56,355 nt of DNA from an uncultured virus (IMG/VR IMGVR_UViG_3300023174_008090) (lineage: Duplodnaviria > Heunggongvirae > Uroviricota > Caudoviricetes): the IMG/VR virus record IMGVR_UViG_3300023174_008090; one strand, written 5' to 3'. The position numbers were made by a program, and so were the translations under genes. Positions 49,811 to 56,355 of this stretch are shown here, one piece after another (the stretch's first letter is position 1; each line of letters begins with the position of its first letter). Below the pieces are notes generated by a model, which did not search any database, had not been told where the DNA came from, and saw only the letters and a program-made list of their open reading frames with translations.

Positions 49811-50287
49811 TTATCTTATTGGTGCAGAAATAAAATCTGAACGATGTCTGCCTCTACCTGGGGTATTAAATGCTTCTGATGTTTGTTGTGCATTTTCTAA
49901 TTTTAATTCAGAATCTGGTTCATCTTCTTCTTCAAATGAAAAAGTATCTTCAATAACATCTGGATTTAAAATATCCATCTGACCCCAGCTAGGTTTTGTA
50001 GTATTTGCTACTCTTCTTATTAATTGTGAATTGGAAAGTCCTCTAGCATCAAAAATTTCATCATCTTCGTTGTCCCAGGAAGACAATGTAGACATTGCAA
50101 CTAAAATTGCATCAGTCATTTGTGATTCTACAACTCTACCATCAGCCTTTGCAAAACGTCTTGCAGTAAATTTTTTAGAAATAGTTGCTGAAGCCAAAGC
50201 AATGATTTTTGCTTGCTCTTCGTGTGAGTGTACGTCTGGTGCAATGTCTTCTAAAAGTGTATGTAGCTGGGACTCTAAATTTTGCAT
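49811..50287 (-). CDS. Hypothetical protein, acidic C-terminal half
   Basis: 158-aa ORF ending 1 nt from the next gene; promoter motif upstream. Confidence 0.75.
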   Translation of the reverse strand: MQNLESQLHTLLEDIAPDVHSHEEQAKIIALASATISKKFTARRFAKADGRVVESQMTDAILVAMSTLSSWDNEDDEIFDARGLSNSQLIRRVANTTKPSWGQMDILNPDVIEDTFSFEEEDEPDSELKLENAQQTSEAFNTPGRGRHRSDFISAPIR

Positions 50288-50319
50288 ATTTTATCTCTCT
50301 TGATAAATTGTTAATACTA

Positions 50320-50347
50320 TATTTTAAATTAGTCTGGGGTTATACCT
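50320..50347 (-). promoter_or_regulatory. Putative late promoter AGG-N20-AAATA
   Basis: TAAAGGTATAACCCC is nearly identical to TAAAGGTATAAACCC at 3134-3148. Confidence 0.45.
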
Positions 50348-50350
50348 TTA

Positions 50351-53300
50351 CTAATCCTTTGCTATTATGTATTCTACTTTAAATTTCATATTTCTTACCT
50401 GCCCATTTGAGGTAATATTGTTTGTTGAAAGTACTGAAGTTGTTGGTGTTTTTATTGCAATTCCAAAACTTCTACTTTTTGCAGTCTGGTCAATACCCAA
50501 TCTTGCTCCACCTAAATAAACAGAATTTGAATATCCTGATCCTAATGTTTGCCATGTTTCTGGAGAAGAATTGTAAATTTGATTATTTGCAGTGTCTATC
50601 CAATCAATATTGTCTGTACCCAAAATGTAAGCTGTAGTTTGAGTGTTGGTTATTGTTCTAGGCACAGGTAATTTTATTCTAAAATTCTTATCAGCATTTG
50701 TTGTTCCATAACCAACTTGCAATGATAATTGTGGAAGAAGCTCAGCACTAGTATCCAAATCAGTAGCTCTTGCCCAGACATTAGATGCTCCAATAGAAGA
50801 AACTACATAAACACCATTTGTTGTCTTGTCTGTTTGATTTTTTACTAAAACTCTGTCATATTTTTGAAGTATTACATCATCTACTTTGCTTGGTGGATTA
50901 GTCAAAGATACTTCTCCGGTTGTTGCCACTTTTGCATTTGTCAAGTAAGAATTTGTGTTGACTTTTGCCCAATAAATATTAGTAGCATCTATCACTGGAG
51001 TTATGCTTTCATCGTAAACTAATGCGTAAATGCCAGTTGTAGCGAGGCCACCTGTAACATTAATTCTTTGATTTATAGATATTTCAGACGAGGCATCAAG
51101 TGCTTCATGTCTGTTTAAGTAATTAGTAATCAATTCATCAATAGAATAAATGCCATTTTGCAATTGATTTGATTGATTTTTAACTAATAATCTATCGCCT
51201 TTTTGAGATCCAGGAATATTTAGATTAGAATTTAATGATAAGTTATTAGTACTTGCAAATGCGCAATTAGTATAATTAGAAATCAATCCTTGTTGGAACC
51301 ATTGTATAGAATCTGATCCTACTGATGTATTTGAAGGATTAAAATACAATTCATAATTTAAATTTCTGTTGGCGTCATTTACATACAAACTAGCAATTTG
51401 GAATTGTGTAGCAGCTGAACCAGTACCAACCCTAATAAGATTAGGTTCAGTTAGTTTATTGATTCGTGCGACAATATTTTCAGAACTTGTAGTTTGTCCA
51501 ATAAATAAAATTTTGTCACCTTGAGTAGTAGCAATTCCATTTATGCTATCAGGCAAGGTATTTAGATTTGCAAAATTTGTATGAGCAACTCCAACAACAT
51601 TTATTGTATATTCAGCGCCTATGCCTTTCCAAATCAATGGAGTATTTAGAGCTGAAGCACCTAAATTGTATGCAGAAGAATCATCTGGCAAATTCAATTC
51701 ATACGTTCTATTATTGAAAACAACTCTTCCTAATTCATATAATTCATTGGTTGCATCAAGATCAGAAGCTCTAGATAATACATATTTATTATTTGGTGAT
51801 ACTGTGTAAACACCATTTTTGGTACTGTCTGCTTGAAACTTAATTAAAACAATATCTCCATTTTGTAATGTGTATCCATCTAAAGAAGCTGTACTTGCTG
51901 TACCGCTTGGAGCACCCATTGGAGTAATAACTCCTGTATAGCTGATGTCACCAAAATTAGGAATATTACCAGTATTGCCAACTGCAGCTGTGAAGATACT
52001 TCTAGTGCTTACATCTATCCAAGATCTTGCTGAAGTATTTATGTTAGTACTAGCAGGATCAAAATAAAGACAATAGGTACCAAACCCTGCAGAATTTGAT
52101 AATCTTACTGTAGTAGGGTATAAAGATGAACCAAATGCAGAGCTATAATTTAATGTTACTTGTTGGATTTCAGCTCTTTTGAATGTAAATAGCTTTTGAT
52201 CACGCTTTCCAGCTTTATTATGGGTTACTAATCTATTGATGTCATCATAATATGAACTTGTGAAAGCTGAATCGATAGTAACATCAGAATAATCAGATGA
52301 TACTTTGTTTTTCAATACAAGAACATTTGTATTAGCTGACAAACCTAACCCAGAATACCATGAAGTCAAAGCAAATCCTGATGGTTGATAAGCTTTTTCC
52401 AGATAAATATCTCCAGAAAATAAACCGATTGTATTTAGTGAAACTGGGTCTGTAAAACTACCACTGAAAGTTGAGCTGTTTCCAAGACCAGTTCTAATAT
52501 AGTAACCATCTTGAGAAAGCCTTGAGGTGAAATAATAATCAGTGACAGAATCATTTTCTATGACGACATTTGCATTTGAAGAGAAATTTTTGCTTGATGT
52601 AAATGTAGAAATCCATGAACTTCTATCTCTGTTATATTTTATTTCAGTAGTTGTAGCAGTCCCTATTACATTAATAATTTGGAAATTCTCAGTATCTACT
52701 GACCATGTAGCAGAAAGTTTTGCATCTTGGGAAAGTAAAAATGCTCTGTCTCTCAAAACTTGAGGAACATAGTAATATCTATTAAGTAATTGTTTAGGTT
52801 GTTGATTATATTTTGGTGTGTCAGAATCTCTATACAGGTAAGCATAAATTGCTCCTGTCCATCCTGAACCAGATAAGTTTAATCTTCCATTTGCTGCATC
52901 AATTGTGTAATCAGTGCTATATGTTTTTGTAATTACAGTCCCGCCAGTTGATACCAAAAACACGTCAGCTATTTCATTTGGATAGTTTGATGTGGACCAA
53001 GTGTATATGGATGAAGATGATTCTGGTCTAGCCAAATAAACAGTATTACCAGCAGATGAAGAATGACTGATTAGATTTTTGGCAAAATCTAAGTGACCAT
53101 TTACAGAATTATATTTTACTTTTCGTAAATAATAATTGTAATTTGAATCAACATAAACAATTTGATAAATTCCGCTAGTTGATTTTCTTACAGTTGAATT
53201 ATAAGCATCCTCATCAGAAGCATAATAAAATACTCTATCATTGACTTCCAAAGGATATTGTATTGCATCGCCAGGTCTATTACTAAATAATTGAACGCCA

Positions 53301-56176
53301 TTTCTTCTTACAACTACAATATCTCTATCTATAGTGTCTAGAGTTGTATCAGCGGCCAAAATATGCTGAATAGGAGCAAGTCTTGGAAACTTTGATAAAT
53401 CTAAAGGATTGGCATTAAGGCGTATTTCTGAGCCTTGATAATAAATTTCAGATCCAGTATGTATATATTTGTCTAAATCTGCTGTAGCATAGTCACTACC
53501 AAAAGTGCCTTGTCTTATTCCAACTTCCGCTTGCATGTAAACTTTGTCATAAGAGAAAGTTGTACCAGCGCCCATATAACCATAGTCAATTTTTACTAAA
53601 GATGGTCTTTCATATGGTGATGCTAAAGATTTTTGGTCTGAACCTAGAGTAAATTTAGTGTTGAAATAAAAATCTTCATGAGGAGTGAAATATACACTAC
53701 CAATACCTGTAAACGTAGGTCTATAAATACCATTCGATACACTTGATGAAGAATATCCTGAACCTACGAATACTAAAATACTATCGTTACTTTGTAAAAC
53801 TGTTCTGCCAGTACCAGTAGTACTTCTAACTAAACTTGAAATTGCAGTTCCAGAAGCAGTTGGTAACGTTCCAGCAGAATTTATAAATAAAACAGCTTTG
53901 ACATTATATTTTTGATAATTTTGCTCATACCAATCAAAATCTAATTCTTGTAAAATTGAACTTCCTTTGCCTTCAGTACTAAAATAATTTTCATAATTTT
54001 GGAATGAAGGGAATAAAACTTCAGGTACAAAAATTTCCCCATAATGTGTAGAAGCTGTTGACGCAACTTGCATGACACCTGGAATTTGTTTTTTCAAATT
54101 TGGAGAGACTGCATATGTTCCATTTCCATTACTTGAAAGAATATTTGAAAAAATATTTTGTGTCCAAGATGACAAACCGTCTTCATATTTGAATACTTGT
54201 TTTGTTGAATTTCCTATAGCTGTTACTGAATAAACACCATTAACAAGTTCATTACTAGTATTTACTAAAACTGAAGTACCTACAGCCACTGAAACATCAA
54301 AATCTGTAGGGGATAAGTAAGTAGAACTAAATTTGTCAACTGTAGTTGAAGCAGTTACAAATAAATTATTTTGCCTAGTAATATTTACAAACGTGACACC
54401 AATTGATCCAGCAGCAGTTTGTGTTCCTGAAGCGTAAAGGAAATAAGTTGTCCCTGCTCCTGTTGTTCCATTAGTGACATTTACAATACTTCCTCTTAAT
54501 ACAGAGTAGTCGTTTGAAAATTGTAATCCATAAACAGTAGCACAAACTGAAGAAACACTATAAATTCCGTTTTGTGCAGGATATGTTGTTTGACCAGTGA
54601 CTAAAACTCTTTGTGAAATAGCTATACCTGAATTGATAAAATCTACTTGATTGACATTGGTTAAGTCACTTTGATTATTTACAATTAAATTTGTTACTGG
54701 TTCATAGGTATATGGATAAAAAGTATCTTGAACCTTAATTCCATCAAAATTTAAGACAAATTTATTATTATAAGTTGAAGATTTTCCTAAATACCAAATG
54801 TTTCCGCCTAAAGTATTGCGAGAATTTTGTGCATACACAACTGTTTGAGTAATTTCTGAAGCTGCATCTAAGTCTGTTGCTCTTGTCCAGAATCCTGTAA
54901 TTCCAAATCCTACATTGCCAACAGTGTATATTCCGCTGTAATTTTCATTATAATGTTTCACTAAAATTCTGTTAGATACAGACAATGTTGTTGCAATGCC
55001 AGAATAATTAGTGATTGTTCTTGGTGTGCTTGTTAAAGTTCCGGAATTTGAAGCGAAATCATAACTAAATCCAATAGAACTTCCTGAATTAATTTCATAA
55101 TAATAATCTACATTTTTATGGCCATAATTGTAAGTTGCATCTGACCACTTCATTAAGGAAGTGGTAGCAATACCACCAGTTACTCCAGTGGCAGAATAAT
55201 ATCTAAAATATCCACCACTTTTTGCTACACCAGCATTAATAAATTGCACATTTACTGGAATATTTGCATTAATGTAATTGACAGCTGTTTTCCAATAATC
55301 ATCTGCGGTATCAGTACTAGTGTAAGGGTTAAATAATGATGAAGAATTTGGACGTGTTAAAGTTGAAACGTAATAAATTCCATTTTGAGATTTTGTAGTT
55401 TGATCCTTAACTAAAACTCTATCATTTAAAGACAAAGTGTAATTGTCTAAAGTTATTGATGAACTTGTTAATCCCGTAGATGATTGTTGCAAATTGCTTG
55501 TTGTTGCACATTGCACAGGAGACAATGCATATCTGAATGTTCTATCAACCCATATAAAAGTAGTGGATCCTGAAGCAGCATTTTCAAATGGATTCAAGTA
55601 AGGGCTATAAAGATAATAAGAAGAGCTTCCCACTCCTACTATTTTTGAAGCAGTAAGAATGTCTTCAGCTACAACAGCACCAACTGTTCCGCTGCCTACT
55701 TGATATGAAACTCTATACAAGCCATTTTGAAATGCAGAGTTTTGAGATTTAACTAAAACAATTTTGCTGCTATCTAATTTTACGCCATCAATGTATGTTG
55801 GTGCATAAATAACATTTGAACCACCAATAGATACTGTAGATAGATTTGTAGTGGTAGCAACATCAGCATTTAGTTTTTTGATAATGAAAGAATCAAATAA
55901 AGTAAATCGAATGTCAAAACCCAAATCTTGCAATAATTTTATATTATCTGTATTTTTGACAATAGGATAATGCTGGTTGGTATAAATGTCCGCAAACTCA
56001 TTATCAATCCAAAGTCTAATATCATCGACATTTGTATTGATCCATTTTAACCTGAATAACTTTTTACTCCAAGTGCCAGATACGTTAGTACCGAATCCAG
56101 CATTTGAAATTTCTCGATAAATTTCAGATTGTGTATTATCAGCGTTTACTTCAGACCAAATGAAAGCGTGGGACAT
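50351..56176 (-). CDS. 1941-aa tail-fibre-type protein with about 9-11 copies of the ATT..DG...DRVLVK.Q...NG.Y module
   Basis: Examples: NDRVLVKDQTTKSQNGIYYV, GDIVLIKFQADSTKNGVYTV, GDRLLVKNQSNQLQNGIYSI, YDRVLVKNQTDKTTNGVYVV; several followed by W.RATDLD..AE. Confidence 0.8.
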   Translation of the reverse strand: MSHAFIWSEVNADNTQSEIYREISNAGFGTNVSGTWSKKLFRLKWINTNVDDIRLWIDNEFADIYTNQHYPIVKNTDNIKLLQDLGFDIRFTLFDSFIIKKLNADVATTTNLSTVSIGGSNVIYAPTYIDGVKLDSSKIVLVKSQNSAFQNGLYRVSYQVGSGTVGAVVAEDILTASKIVGVGSSSYYLYSPYLNPFENAASGSTTFIWVDRTFRYALSPVQCATTSNLQQSSTGLTSSSITLDNYTLSLNDRVLVKDQTTKSQNGIYYVSTLTRPNSSSLFNPYTSTDTADDYWKTAVNYINANIPVNVQFINAGVAKSGGYFRYYSATGVTGGIATTSLMKWSDATYNYGHKNVDYYYEINSGSSIGFSYDFASNSGTLTSTPRTITNYSGIATTLSVSNRILVKHYNENYSGIYTVGNVGFGITGFWTRATDLDAASEITQTVVYAQNSRNTLGGNIWYLGKSSTYNNKFVLNFDGIKVQDTFYPYTYEPVTNLIVNNQSDLTNVNQVDFINSGIAISQRVLVTGQTTYPAQNGIYSVSSVCATVYGLQFSNDYSVLRGSIVNVTNGTTGAGTTYFLYASGTQTAAGSIGVTFVNITRQNNLFVTASTTVDKFSSTYLSPTDFDVSVAVGTSVLVNTSNELVNGVYSVTAIGNSTKQVFKYEDGLSSWTQNIFSNILSSNGNGTYAVSPNLKKQIPGVMQVASTASTHYGEIFVPEVLFPSFQNYENYFSTEGKGSSILQELDFDWYEQNYQKYNVKAVLFINSAGTLPTASGTAISSLVRSTTGTGRTVLQSNDSILVFVGSGYSSSSVSNGIYRPTFTGIGSVYFTPHEDFYFNTKFTLGSDQKSLASPYERPSLVKIDYGYMGAGTTFSYDKVYMQAEVGIRQGTFGSDYATADLDKYIHTGSEIYYQGSEIRLNANPLDLSKFPRLAPIQHILAADTTLDTIDRDIVVVRRNGVQLFSNRPGDAIQYPLEVNDRVFYYASDEDAYNSTVRKSTSGIYQIVYVDSNYNYYLRKVKYNSVNGHLDFAKNLISHSSSAGNTVYLARPESSSSIYTWSTSNYPNEIADVFLVSTGGTVITKTYSTDYTIDAANGRLNLSGSGWTGAIYAYLYRDSDTPKYNQQPKQLLNRYYYVPQVLRDRAFLLSQDAKLSATWSVDTENFQIINVIGTATTTEIKYNRDRSSWISTFTSSKNFSSNANVVIENDSVTDYYFTSRLSQDGYYIRTGLGNSSTFSGSFTDPVSLNTIGLFSGDIYLEKAYQPSGFALTSWYSGLGLSANTNVLVLKNKVSSDYSDVTIDSAFTSSYYDDINRLVTHNKAGKRDQKLFTFKRAEIQQVTLNYSSAFGSSLYPTTVRLSNSAGFGTYCLYFDPASTNINTSARSWIDVSTRSIFTAAVGNTGNIPNFGDISYTGVITPMGAPSGTASTASLDGYTLQNGDIVLIKFQADSTKNGVYTVSPNNKYVLSRASDLDATNELYELGRVVFNNRTYELNLPDDSSAYNLGASALNTPLIWKGIGAEYTINVVGVAHTNFANLNTLPDSINGIATTQGDKILFIGQTTSSENIVARINKLTEPNLIRVGTGSAATQFQIASLYVNDANRNLNYELYFNPSNTSVGSDSIQWFQQGLISNYTNCAFASTNNLSLNSNLNIPGSQKGDRLLVKNQSNQLQNGIYSIDELITNYLNRHEALDASSEISINQRINVTGGLATTGIYALVYDESITPVIDATNIYWAKVNTNSYLTNAKVATTGEVSLTNPPSKVDDVILQKYDRVLVKNQTDKTTNGVYVVSSIGASNVWARATDLDTSAELLPQLSLQVGYGTTNADKNFRIKLPVPRTITNTQTTAYILGTDNIDWIDTANNQIYNSSPETWQTLGSGYSNSVYLGGARLGIDQTAKSRSFGIAIKTPTTSVLSTNNITSNGQVRNMKFKVEYIIAKD

Positions 56177-56190
56177 TTATACTACCAATA

Positions 56191-56355
56191 CTAATTTCTT
56201 CTAGCTTCTGGTCTATTGAAAATTTCACTAGCCACAGCAGCCAATTCAGACCTTTCGACTTTACTTAATGTTACAGAAGCGACTAAATCACTTTTCTTTC
56301 CACCAGAGATAGCGTGTGAAAGACCATTTGATTTGGCATCGAGATAAGGATTTTC
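56191..56355 (-). CDS. 3' end of a gene running in from beyond the window
   Basis: Open frame ENPYLDAKSNGLSHAISGG...EIFNRPEARRN-TAG, ending 14 nt before the ATG at 56176. Confidence 0.6.
   Translation of the reverse strand, partial: ENPYLDAKSNGLSHAISGGKKSDLVASVTLSKVERSELAAVASEIFNRPEARRN

Overview
This AT-rich, densely coding 56 kb window reads best as part of a jumbo/huge tailed phage; that identity is inferred, since no terminase, portal or capsid gene is in the window. (1) 1-31876 (+): a tightly coupled run of very large virion/tail-type genes. Recognisable modules include PKD, RCC1-like, baseplate-hub-like, SwmB-type repeats, beta-propellers, PA14, VWA and a recurring tail-fibre module. 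(2) 31931-40775 (+): a protein-processing and accessory block with a subtilisin, a type I signal peptidase, a trypsin-like protease, DnaJ, a UvsW-like SF2 helicase, a Zn-binding protein, a divergent DnaK, a MerC-like membrane protein and a DUF151/BFN-like protein. (3) 40781-56355 (-): two paralogous tail-tube-like genes, small tail genes, a complete gyrB-gyrA pair, two hypothetical genes and a 1941-aa protein with about 10 tail-fibre modules. Reading the intergenic DNA suggests two promoter classes. An AGG-N19/20-(G/A)AAT(A/T) motif lies in front of structural genes and the protease trio. Sigma70-like -10 boxes lie only 6-7 nt before the ATG (leaderless) of dnaJ, the helicase, dnaK and the hub-like gene. 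An unannotated 23-aa antisense ORF with a perfect Shine-Dalgarno site is also present. No tRNA, rRNA, CRISPR array, integrase or transposase was recognised. All domain calls are by-eye motif recognition, not database searches.
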